Source of the DNA: an uncultured delta proteobacterium
GTDB taxonomy: Bacteria > Desulfobacterota > Syntrophorhabdia > Syntrophorhabdales > WCHB1-27
Length of the DNA: 64,000 nucleotides
Assembly: GCA_963810935.1 (NCBI GenBank)
Contig: CAWEPK010000008.1
Location: forward strand, 305,492 to 369,491
Reading direction: 5' to 3'
Under the pieces are notes generated by a model. The model had not been told where the DNA came from and did not search any database. It saw only the letters and a program-made list of their open reading frames with translations. The first letter of the stretch is position 1. The number at the start of each line of letters is the position of its first letter. Below are positions 27,919 through 37,386 of the stretch, one piece after another. The position numbers and the translations under genes were made by a program.

Positions 27919-29101
27919 GGTAAAGACCCCGATAGTCGAAATGGACGGCGACGAGATGACGCGCGTCATCTGGGGCCTCGTCAAAGAGCGCCTGATCCTG
28001 CCGTTCTTCGACATCCCCCTCGAATATTACGACCTCGGCATGAAAGTGCGCGACGCCACGGACGACCGGGTGACCCTGGAGGCGGCAAACGCCGTGCGGC
28101 GGCTTGGCGTAGGCGTGAAGTGCGCGACCATCACGGCCGACGAGCAGCGCATAACGGAGTACGGGCTCAAGAAGGCATGGCCTTCGCCGAACGGGACGAT
28201 ACGCTCGGTCCTCGACGGCACCGTGTTCCGCAAGCCCATTATCGCCGGCAACATCGCGCCTGCCGTCCGCTCGTGGAAAAAACCGATCATTATCGGCAGA
28301 CACGCTTACGGAGACATTTACAGCGGCGTAGAGATGAAGATCGACCGGCCCGGACGCGTCGACCTTGTTTACACCGATTCGGAAGGCCGGGAGAGCCGCC
28401 TGCCCGTCCACGACTTCAAAAGCGCGGGCGTCGTAATGGCGATACACAACCTGGAGCCGTCGGTGCGCTCCTTCGCGAAGTCCTGCATCAACTACGCCCT
28501 CGACGAAGGCACGGACCTCTGGTTCTCGATGAAGGACACGATCAGCAAGAAGTACCACGCCTTTTTCAGGGACGTCTTCGCGCAAGAGGTGGCGGTCCGC
28601 AAGTCCGACCTCGACGCGGCAGGCATCGCATACAGCTACATGCTCATCGACGACGCGGCCGCACGGATGATGAAGCAGGAGGGAGGCATCCTCTGGGCAG
28701 TCAGCAACTACGACGGCGACGTCTTCTCCGACGTTATCGCCGCGGGGTTCGGCAGCCTCGGCATGATGACCTCCGTGCTCGTCTCGCCGGACGGTAAATA
28801 CGAGTTCGAGGCGGCCCACGGAACGGTGAGACGCCATTATTACGAGCACCTGAAAGGCAGGTCGACGAGCACGAACCCCGTGGCGTCCATCTTCGCCTGG
28901 ACCGGCGCAATCAAAAAGCGCGCAGAGCTCGACGGCGACGCAGAGCCGGCCGCCTTTGCCCGCAAGATCGAGGCGGCAGTGGTTGCCTGCGTCGAGGCAG
29001 GCATTGCCACGAAAGACCTCACCCCGTTAATAACGCCCCAGCCGGACCGCCCCCGCACGACCGAAGAATTCATCGACGCAGTAGCAGCGCGCATCATCTA
29101 G
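27905..29101 (+). CDS. icd: NADP-dependent isocitrate dehydrogenase (eukaryote-like homodimeric type)
   Basis: [23 protein letters not shown]..., KCATITADE and NYDGDVFSD. The ATG at 27905 overlaps the aconitase stop by 14 nt. Confidence 0.95.
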   Translation: MSKIKVKTPIVEMDGDEMTRVIWGLVKERLILPFFDIPLEYYDLGMKVRDATDDRVTLEAANAVRRLGVGVKCATITADEQRITEYGLKKAWPSPNGTIRSVLDGTVFRKPIIAGNIAPAVRSWKKPIIIGRHAYGDIYSGVEMKIDRPGRVDLVYTDSEGRESRLPVHDFKSAGVVMAIHNLEPSVRSFAKSCINYALDEGTDLWFSMKDTISKKYHAFFRDVFAQEVAVRKSDLDAAGIAYSYMLIDDAAARMMKQEGGILWAVSNYDGDVFSDVIAAGFGSLGMMTSVLVSPDGKYEFEAAHGTVRRHYYEHLKGRSTSTNPVASIFAWTGAIKKRAELDGDAEPAAFARKIEAAVVACVEAGIATKDLTPLITPQPDRPRTTEEFIDAVAARII

Positions 29102-29145
29102 CGTATCGTTTCAACAATAACTTTACCCTGAGCCCAGTGGTCGTC

Positions 29146-29204
29146 ATTCCGGCGAACGCCGGAATCCAGGCGAAAAAGACTGGATGCCGGATCCAGTCCG
29201 GCAT
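29146..29204. repeat. cluster of overlapping, mutually exclusive palindromes (hairpin-repeat element)
   Basis: Pairings seen: ATTCCGGCG/CGCCGGAAT (29146-29165), ATCCAG (29164)/CTGGAT (29180), GACTGGAT (29178-29185)/ATCCAGTC (29191-29198), and ATGCCGGA (29184-29191)/TCCGGCAT (29197-29204). Confidence 0.6.
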
Positions 29205-29297
29205 GGCGTAATTGCGGAGTTATCCGGCCAGTGTACTGTCTCGGTGGGCCTGCCGTTTTTGGCTGCTTTTTTGCCCTCCCGTGTTATACTACGATTC

Positions 29298-30350
29298 ATG
29301 AGAAAGAGGGAGCCGAGAAGGAAAGAAATCCGTGTCAAGCGCATGGTCCTCATTATCGTCGCCATCATCTGCGTCGGGACCATCGGATACAGGCTTCTCG
29401 GGAAACCGAACACTACCCTTCTCGACGCCCTTTACATGACGGTGACCACCCTCACGACGGTCGGCTATGAAGACCACGTGGGGGTCCACAACTCGACGGC
29501 CGGCAAAGTCTTTTCGATTGTCTATCTCTTCGTCAGCGTCGGCGCGATGTTCTACCTCTTTACGGCCCTGGCTGCTTACATGGTCGAAGGAGAGGTAAGG
29601 AAGGTCTTCAGGAGGAGAAGCATGGAGAAACGCATCGAAAAGCTGAAGGGCCACTATATTGTCTGCGGGATCGGCATGGTGGGCCTTTACATAGTCCACG
29701 AGCTATATGAGACGAAGAGGCGGCAAGTCGCCCTCGATTCCGACCCCGCCCAGCTCGAGGTCCTGAGTACGCGCAACATCGACGTCCCGATGCTCGTCGG
29801 CGACGCGACGGAAAACGAGGTGCTCGAGAAAGCGATGATAAGGGAGGCAAAGGGCCTCTTCGCCACGACCAACTCCGACAACGACAACATCGTCATCGCC
29901 CTAACGGCCAAGCAGTTGAACCCTTCCCTGCGCGTAGTCTGCAGGTGCAACGACACGAAGAATATCGAGAAGATAAAGCGCGCGGGCGCAGATACCGTAG
30001 TCGCCCTCAACTACATCGGCGGCCTCCGCATGGCGTCCGACATGACGAGACCCCACGCGACCGATTTCCTTGAATCGATGCTGCACGACAGGGAACAAGC
30101 ATTACGCGTGGAAGAGGTCCGTGTGCCTGAAGACTCGAAATACATGGGCAGGCTCGTCGGAGACCTGGACTTCACGAATATGGGCAACATGCTCCTTCTC
30201 GCAGTGAGGAAAGAAGGCGGCAAGTGGATATACAACCCACCGGCGACACTAGCGCTCGAAAAAGATATGCACCTGATAGTCCTGGCGACGCCGGAAGAGC
30301 GCAAACTCCTGCAATACGAGCTACAATCGACGGAGGGCGGGCAGGCGTAA
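29298..30350 (+). CDS. two-TM potassium-channel-like protein with cytoplasmic RCK (TrkA-N/TrkA-C) domains; atypical filter
   Basis: Pore helix and filter LLDALYMTVTTLTTVGYEDH. Rossmann motif HYIVCGIGMVGLYI. C-terminal TrkA-C-like region. The start is uncertain (29298, 29343 or 29184). Confidence 0.8.
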   Translation: MRKREPRRKEIRVKRMVLIIVAIICVGTIGYRLLGKPNTTLLDALYMTVTTLTTVGYEDHVGVHNSTAGKVFSIVYLFVSVGAMFYLFTALAAYMVEGEVRKVFRRRSMEKRIEKLKGHYIVCGIGMVGLYIVHELYETKRRQVALDSDPAQLEVLSTRNIDVPMLVGDATENEVLEKAMIREAKGLFATTNSDNDNIVIALTAKQLNPSLRVVCRCNDTKNIEKIKRAGADTVVALNYIGGLRMASDMTRPHATDFLESMLHDREQALRVEEVRVPEDSKYMGRLVGDLDFTNMGNMLLLAVRKEGGKWIYNPPATLALEKDMHLIVLATPEERKLLQYELQSTEGGQA

Positions 30351-30676
30351 GCCGGCGGGGGCTGGGGACCGTTAGCGCAGAAACAACGGAAAGGCGGTTT
30401 TCAGCGGCTGGACTCGCGCCTACTGCAGAATCGCGCCTATCACGATTTCTTGAGGCGATCCTCCGGGCCGCTGCCGCCGCAATCGAATAAAGAGCACCCG
30501 TTGGGCGGCGGCAAAAGTTATTTTAGACCTCACGGCCGGAAGACACATCCCGACGTACTTCCAAGACTGCAGAGATGCGGGCGTAGCGACGCCATAATTC
30601 ATTAATTAGTAATGATCGCCCGCACTGGCCAGCCCGTTGCCCACCCAGATGGATAGAACAATTTCTTGACAATTTA

Positions 30677-30706
30677 AGATATATAAGATAGCCTTCTTAT
30701 ATATCT
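30677..30706. promoter_or_regulatory. perfect 12-bp inverted repeat (operator-like) directly upstream of the RHH-tailed orphan gene
   Basis: AGATATATAAGA (30677-30688), spacer TAGCCT, then TCTTATATATCT (30695-30706). TTGACA lies at 30666-30671, AAGGAGG at 30717-30723 and the ATG at 30728. Confidence 0.5.
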
Positions 30707-30727
30707 ACCAATATTAAGGAGGACATC

Positions 30728-31306
30728 ATGTTGACCGCGGGCTCTGTTGAGGAAATTCTTAGAGTCATTAAGAAAACGAAAGAGTATTACGTAGGCGGGG
30801 AGTCGGTAGGTAAGGCATACATTTTGGCTTGTAGGCTCGTCAGTAAGAATAGGAAGTTTTACCAAACGGTTGCTGATGGATGCACAAGACGGCTTGGTTT
30901 TGTTGGCCGTGGGGCGACAGCAGCATTTCAACGAGTTCTTCGTGAGTGGATCGATGGTGACGGAAACAACTTGAAAAAGATTCTTCTAACGAAGGCTGAC
31001 AAAACGGCCTCGGGGATGATATTGGCGTTCTTTGATGAGAAGGCAGCCAGCAGTGGGATCAAAGAAACAAAGGTGGGTGCAAACACAAGTCAGGATACGG
31101 AAATCATATCCTTTCGTCTCCCTGTGTCACTCGTGCAACAATTGAAGGTACTTGCGGAAGCTAGGGGACAATCACCAGTTGAATGGGTTTCTAAGACCGT
31201 GATCGCTGCTATAGATGCCGAGCTTCACGATCTCCTATCAAAGATGATCAAAAATATGCCTGATGAAAATAGGCAGAAGTTTCTGAAAGAATTACAAAAG
31301 CAATAG
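30728..31306 (+). CDS. hypothetical protein with a C-terminal ribbon-helix-helix-like segment, in an AT-rich stretch
   Basis: 192 aa with a strong SD. EIISFRLPVSLVQQLKVLAEARGQSPVEWV resembles a CopG/RHH strand-helix-helix. The N-terminal ~130 aa are unrecognised. Confidence 0.6.
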   Translation: MLTAGSVEEILRVIKKTKEYYVGGESVGKAYILACRLVSKNRKFYQTVADGCTRRLGFVGRGATAAFQRVLREWIDGDGNNLKKILLTKADKTASGMILAFFDEKAASSGIKETKVGANTSQDTEIISFRLPVSLVQQLKVLAEARGQSPVEWVSKTVIAAIDAELHDLLSKMIKNMPDENRQKFLKELQKQ

Positions 31307-31547
31307 CTCAGTGGGGAGTTTGGAAAAGGGCCGGGAGATTTTCGACGGGCCACCTGCCCGACGTAAGGATAGGAGGGTTGTCCGCGTTCGTTTTGTAGGA
31401 AGAGAGCCGGAGGATACGTTCTGTGTATTAAAGGACTCGCGCCCGAGAAGACGACACTAAAGGCGCCAAAAGATCACGGCCCCATCCCGGCCCCTCCCCC
31501 ACCCCACCAACGGTTGACACACACCCCCGCTAATGGTAATTTTTAGC

Positions 31548-32324
31548 ATGAAAGTAGCTATATCAGGTAAAGGCGGAGTGGGCAAGACGACGCTGGCGGG
31601 CGTTATGGCGCGGGTGCTTGCCGCTCACGGCCATAAGGTCCTCGCTATTGACGCAGACCCCGACGCCAATCTCGGAAGCGCCATCGGCATACCCGCAGAA
31701 GACGTGCAGCGGATGAAGCCGCTGGCTCAGATGCGCGATCTGATAGAAGAGCGGACCGGGGCCAAGAAGGGCGCTTATGGGGCGTATTTCACGCTCAATC
31801 CGAAGGTCGAAGACCTGCCCGACCGGTTCTCTTTATCCAAAGAGGGCGTCAAGCTTATGGTCCTCGGCACCATCCCCCAGGGCGGCGGCGGCTGCTTCTG
31901 CCCGGAGAACGTGGTGCTCAAGAGCCTGCTCGCCCACGTCTTCGTCGAGAGGCAGGAATACCTCATCGTCGATATGGAGGCGGGGCTGGAGCACCTCGGC
32001 AGGGGCACCACGGCCTACATGGACGCCCTCATCGTCGTGGTCGAGCCGGGCAGGCGGAGCTTCCAGACGGCCCGCCAGGTGAAGGAGCTTGCGGCAGACC
32101 TCGGCATCCGCCGGGTCTTTGTCGTTGCGAATAAGGTGGCGGGCGACGCGGACCTTGCCATGGTAAAGGAGCACCTTCCCGACATGCCGCTGCTCGGCTC
32201 TATGAGCTATAACGAGAAGGTGATCGAGGCGGACAAGCTGGGCGTCTCTCCGTACGATACGGACGCCGCGATCAGGGTTGAAGTTGAAAAGATCATAGCA
32301 GCCTTCGAACAAGCGGCGGCATGA
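31548..32324 (+). CDS. CooC-type nickel-insertion/MinD-family ATPase
   Basis: Deviant Walker A ISGKGGVGKTT, DADPDANL and the CxC motif GGGCFCPEN characteristic of CooC/AcsF-like maturation ATPases. Confidence 0.75.
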   Translation: MKVAISGKGGVGKTTLAGVMARVLAAHGHKVLAIDADPDANLGSAIGIPAEDVQRMKPLAQMRDLIEERTGAKKGAYGAYFTLNPKVEDLPDRFSLSKEGVKLMVLGTIPQGGGGCFCPENVVLKSLLAHVFVERQEYLIVDMEAGLEHLGRGTTAYMDALIVVVEPGRRSFQTARQVKELAADLGIRRVFVVANKVAGDADLAMVKEHLPDMPLLGSMSYNEKVIEADKLGVSPYDTDAAIRVEVEKIIAAFEQAAA

Positions 32325-33022
32325 GACGCGTCCTTTCCCGGCTGAACCTCGTTTTCACGACGATCTTCCTCGCCCTCATCGCGCTCGCCATAGCGCCTTT
32401 CGACCGTAAGGGCGACAGGGTGCACGCCATGGCATGCTTATGGGCGCGCACCATCCTTGCATGTGCCGGGGTCTCCGTCTCCCTCGAAGGCACGGAGTCG
32501 CTGGGCGCGCCGCCGTTCCTTTTTATGTCGAACCATTCAAGCGGCCTCGATATCCCGGTCCTTCTGGCCGCCATGCCCCTGCCCTTCAAGTTTGTAGCTA
32601 AGCGCGAGCTTTTCCGCATCCCCCTGTTCGGGTGGGCGATAAAAAAAGCGGGCTACATCAGCATCGACAGGGAGAACCCGAGGGAGGCCCTCAAGGCCAT
32701 TGAAGAGGCAGTGTCGAAGCTCGCGGAAGGCACGAGCGTGCTCATCTTCCCGGAGGGGACGAGGAGCAAGGACGGACATCTCCTTCCCTTCATGAAGGGC
32801 GCGTTCTCCCTGGCGGCGCGCGCCGGGGCGCCCATCATCCCGCTTGCCATGGTCGGTACGTACAACCTCCAGCCGCCGGGGCATGCCGTGCCCCGCGCGA
32901 AGGGGCGCGTCGAGATCCGTATGGGCAAACCTATACCGATAGAAGGAAAAGGTTTATCCTATAAAGCGGAGCTTATGGAGAAAGTCCGCAGGTCGATAGA
33001 GGGTTTGAGAGATGTCGGATGA
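32321..33022 (+). CDS. plsC: 1-acyl-sn-glycerol-3-phosphate acyltransferase
   Basis: HX4D block FMSNHSSGLDIP and the FPEGTRS block. ATGA overlap with the upstream gene. Confidence 0.88.
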   Translation: MRRVLSRLNLVFTTIFLALIALAIAPFDRKGDRVHAMACLWARTILACAGVSVSLEGTESLGAPPFLFMSNHSSGLDIPVLLAAMPLPFKFVAKRELFRIPLFGWAIKKAGYISIDRENPREALKAIEEAVSKLAEGTSVLIFPEGTRSKDGHLLPFMKGAFSLAARAGAPIIPLAMVGTYNLQPPGHAVPRAKGRVEIRMGKPIPIEGKGLSYKAELMEKVRRSIEGLRDVG

Positions 33023-35087
33023 GCTGAGGAAGGAGATCATAGGAATAGGGCTGGCCGGCCTTTTCCTCTTCATTTTCGTCAGCCTCCTCTCCTATTATCC
33101 TTTCGACCCGTCCCTCAATAGCGTGGCCGCCGGCGGCGCAGTGAAGAATTTTTGCGGGAGGGCGGGTTCCTACACGTCCGATTTCCTCATCCAGCTCTTC
33201 GGTATAATGAGCTACGCCCTGTGCGGGTTCATCCTCGTCTTCGCCGTCATTTTACTGCGGAAGAAAACGGTCGCCCGCCTGCCCATCCTCGCGGCAGGCT
33301 TCATCCTGCTCTTCTTCTCACTGTCGTCGCTTTTGCAGATCGCGGTAGGCACCGTGCACCTGAGGGGCGTCTCCATACCCTTCTCGGGTTTCGTGGGCGA
33401 CCTGCTGGGGCGCGGCCTCCTCCATGCGTTCAGCTATTTCGGGAGCCTGCTGCTCTCAATAGTGCTCTTCCTCATATCGCTCTTCCTCATCGCCCAGGCG
33501 CCGCTTTTCTCCATAGTCGGCGCGCGTTTCGCCAGATGGAAAAAGACCGAGGCGTCCGCGCCCCCTGCCCCCCGGATAATCGACGACGCTATGAGGGAGG
33601 AAGAGAAGAAAGAAGAAAAGCAGAAAGGGAGGGAGAAGGAGCGGAAGGAGAAGAAACCCGTCCAGGAGTTTTTCGACTTCGTTAAAGATATCGGCCCGTA
33701 TAAGCTGCCGTCTGTCGCGCTCCTCGACCCCGTTGAAAAGGGAGAGGTCAAAGTCGATAAAGAGAGCGCCCAGCTCAATGCGCGGATACTGGAGAAGAAG
33801 CTTAAGGACTACGGCATAGACGGCCGCGTGCTTGAAGTCAGGCCCGGCCCGGTCATCACCATGTACGAGTTCGAGCCTGCTGCGGGCATCAAGGTAAGCC
33901 GCATCGCCAACCTGTCGGACGACCTCGCCATGGCGCTCTCCGCCGTCTCCATCAGGATAATCGCCCCTATTCCGGGGAAGGCCGTCGTCGGCATCGAGAT
34001 ACCGAACAAGTCCCGCCAGACGGTCTACCTGAGGGATATCATCGAGTCGGACGAGTTCACCACTTCAAAAGGCCTCCTCACCCTGGCCCTCGGAAAGAGC
34101 ATAAGCGGGGAACCCTTCACTGCCGACCTGGCCAAGATGCCGCACCTGCTGGTGGCCGGCTCTACAGGGTCCGGCAAGAGCGTCTCCTTGAACACGATGA
34201 TATGCAGCATCCTGTTCAAGGCTACGCCCCTTTCAGTCCGCTTCATGATGATCGACCTGAAAATGCTGGAGTTGTCCTTTTACGACGGCATCCCCCACCT
34301 CCTGCTCCCCGTCATAACGGACGCAAAGAAGGCGAAGACGGCCCTGCGGTGGCTGATCGACGAGATGGAGAGGCGCTACCAGTTAATGGCCGAGAAGGGC
34401 GTGCGGAACATCGAGAAGTTCAACCAGAGGACGCACAGGGAGGAGGGCGACGACCCGCTGCCCTATATCGTGGTCGTCATAGACGAGCTTGCCGACCTGA
34501 TGATGGTCTCCTCCAGGGAAGTCGAGGAATATATCGCGAGGCTCGCCCAGATGGCGCGCGCCTCCGGCATACACCTTATACTCGCCACGCAGCGGCCTTC
34601 CGTCGATGTTCTTACCGGCATCATCAAGGCCAATTTTCCGGCCCGCATCTCCTTCCAGGTGACATCAAAAGTCGATTCACGTACTATATTAGACATGAAC
34701 GGCGGTGAGAGCCTGCTGGGGTCGGGCGATATGCTCTTCATGAGCCCCGGACTGGGAAGGATCCAGCGCATACACGGGCCTTTCGTTTCGGAGGGGGAGA
34801 TAAAAAGGATTGTCGAGTTCCTCAAGAACCAGGGGCAGCCGCAGTACAACGAGGAGATCCTGGTAGAGCAGGAAGAAGGCAACGGGGACGGCGAGGAGCT
34901 GAGCGACGAGAAGTACGAGGAGGCGGTCAGCTTCGTCTCTGAGAGGGGCGAGGCATCGATAAGCATGGTGCAGCGGCGGTTCAGGATAGGCTATAACCGC
35001 GCCGCCCGTATCATAGAGAGGATGGAGCGCGAAGGCGTAGTGGGCCCGTCCACGGGGATCAAGCCGAGGGAGGTTTTTAAGCGATGA
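33012..35087 (+). CDS. ftsK: DNA translocase FtsK/SpoIIIE
   Basis: N-terminal TM helices, charged linker, motor domain (HLLVAGSTGSGKSV, VVIDELADLMM, ILATQRPSVDV) and gamma domain (SISMVQRRFRIGYNRAARIIERME). Confidence 0.95.
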   Translation: MSDELRKEIIGIGLAGLFLFIFVSLLSYYPFDPSLNSVAAGGAVKNFCGRAGSYTSDFLIQLFGIMSYALCGFILVFAVILLRKKTVARLPILAAGFILLFFSLSSLLQIAVGTVHLRGVSIPFSGFVGDLLGRGLLHAFSYFGSLLLSIVLFLISLFLIAQAPLFSIVGARFARWKKTEASAPPAPRIIDDAMREEEKKEEKQKGREKERKEKKPVQEFFDFVKDIGPYKLPSVALLDPVEKGEVKVDKESAQLNARILEKKLKDYGIDGRVLEVRPGPVITMYEFEPAAGIKVSRIANLSDDLAMALSAVSIRIIAPIPGKAVVGIEIPNKSRQTVYLRDIIESDEFTTSKGLLTLALGKSISGEPFTADLAKMPHLLVAGSTGSGKSVSLNTMICSILFKATPLSVRFMMIDLKMLELSFYDGIPHLLLPVITDAKKAKTALRWLIDEMERRYQLMAEKGVRNIEKFNQRTHREEGDDPLPYIVVVIDELADLMMVSSREVEEYIARLAQMARASGIHLILATQRPSVDVLTGIIKANFPARISFQVTSKVDSRTILDMNGGESLLGSGDMLFMSPGLGRIQRIHGPFVSEGEIKRIVEFLKNQGQPQYNEEILVEQEEGNGDGEELSDEKYEEAVSFVSERGEASISMVQRRFRIGYNRAARIIERMEREGVVGPSTGIKPREVFKR

Positions 35088-35749
35088 AGATCATAACGGC
35101 AAAGACTCTCCTCACGGTTGCCTGCCTTTTGCTGTTCGGCGCAAGTGCGCTCCACGGCGAGACGCTCGACAGCCTGAAAAAAACATACAGCGGGATAACG
35201 ACGGTGCAGGCCCATTTCCGCCAGCAGATATTCGTGTCCGCCCTCAAGAGACAGCGGGAGATGGAGGGGGATTTCTTTTACAAGCGCGGGAGAGGCTTCG
35301 TCTGGCGCTATACGGTCCCGAAAGAAAAGGTATTCCTGTACGACGGGTCGGCCGTCTGGCAGGCAGAGGCCGACAAGCCCTACGTCACGAAGGACAAGGT
35401 TGACAGGCAGAAGCTGGAGGGCAGCTTCCTCGACCTCGTGGACGACGTGGCGCGCCTCGATACGATCTTCGACCTTAAAGGGTCGGTCAGGGAAGACGAC
35501 ATGGAGGTGCTGGAGCTTGCTCCCAAAAAAGAAGGCATGTTGAAATCCGCCCGCATCTGGGTCGATGCCAAAGGGATCGTGAAGCGGATAAAGATCGTCG
35601 AGATCACCGGCAACGTCAACATGATCGAGTTTTCCGCCATCAAGATAGGCGTCTCCCTGCCCGACAGCCTCTTCGTCTTCAAGCCGGACGGGAGGGAAGT
35701 GGTCGATTCCCACGGCAACAAAGTGATGAGACAGCCGGGAGCACAATAA
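35084..35749 (+). CDS. lolA: LolA-like outer-membrane lipoprotein carrier protein
   Basis: Signal peptide, and TTVQAHFRQ...GDFFYKRGRGFVWRY...VFLYDGSAVW resembles LolA. The ftsK-lolA adjacency is conserved. Confidence 0.75.
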   Translation: MKIITAKTLLTVACLLLFGASALHGETLDSLKKTYSGITTVQAHFRQQIFVSALKRQREMEGDFFYKRGRGFVWRYTVPKEKVFLYDGSAVWQAEADKPYVTKDKVDRQKLEGSFLDLVDDVARLDTIFDLKGSVREDDMEVLELAPKKEGMLKSARIWVDAKGIVKRIKIVEITGNVNMIEFSAIKIGVSLPDSLFVFKPDGREVVDSHGNKVMRQPGAQ

Positions 35750-35756
35750 TATTTAT

Positions 35757-36503
35757 ATGGCTCTCCACAAGGATCAGGCAATCATCCTCTCAAGCAGGGT
35801 GTTCGGAGAATCCGACAGAATCCTCCGGTTCCTGACCCTCGGCTCGGGCAAGCTCTCCGGCATCGCCAAAGGGGGCAAGAAAAGCCAGAAAAGGTTCATG
35901 AATACCCTGGAGCTGTTTAATTGCGTGAATATCGAATACTTCGAAAAGCCGGGCGCCGGGCTCGTACGCATCGACAGCGCAGACCTGCTGACTGCGAACG
36001 CCGGCATCGACGCGAGCTTAAAAAGGATGTGCATCGCCAGCTTCTTCGCCGAGTTCGTAGACAAGATGACCAGAGAAAAAGAGCGCAACGAGCAGCTCTT
36101 TGCGGTGCTCAAAGAAGGGCTGGAAGAAGTCAAAAACCTTGAATTTACATACTTCCGTATATTATATTATCAACTTCGCATGCTCCATCACCTTGGATAC
36201 ATGCCGAATTTCAGGACGTGCATCCAATGCGGAAAAGACGTGGCCCCGGACGAAGCAACGTCCTTTTCTAACGAGAGGGGCGGCGTGGTCTGCCCGTCAT
36301 GCTCAAGGGGGCAGCCGCACAGGCAATATCCGCCGGGCCTTTTCGCCGGGCTCGCCGCCCTGACCGACACGCAGGGCGAGGCCAAAGAGACCGGCGCGCC
36401 CGGCTTCGAGCGCCACGCCAGGGAGTTGATGGAGGCGTTCACGTATTACCATTTAAATATCGAGCTTAAGTCTTACAGATTGCTTAGAGGGATGGCAGAC
36501 TGA
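35757..36503 (+). CDS. recO: DNA repair protein RecO
   Basis: N-terminal OB fold ([20 protein letters not shown]) and zinc motif CIQCG...VVCPSC. Confidence 0.88.
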   Translation: MALHKDQAIILSSRVFGESDRILRFLTLGSGKLSGIAKGGKKSQKRFMNTLELFNCVNIEYFEKPGAGLVRIDSADLLTANAGIDASLKRMCIASFFAEFVDKMTREKERNEQLFAVLKEGLEEVKNLEFTYFRILYYQLRMLHHLGYMPNFRTCIQCGKDVAPDEATSFSNERGGVVCPSCSRGQPHRQYPPGLFAGLAALTDTQGEAKETGAPGFERHARELMEAFTYYHLNIELKSYRLLRGMAD

Positions 36504-36504
36504 T

Positions 36505-37382
<878 letters not shown>

Positions 37383-37386
<4 letters not shown>

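Noticed and set aside
29184-29297. Upstream extension of the K+ channel ORF (MPDPVRHGVIAEL...)
   Set aside because: The extension is encoded by the palindromic element and has no channel-like features. An internal ATG at 29298 or 29343 gives a sensible N-terminus.
31307-31547. Intergenic region before the cooC-like gene, checked for small genes or RNAs
   Set aside because: Only a weak TTGACA-N17-TAATTT promoter-like element and C-rich runs were seen, with nothing reproducible enough to call.
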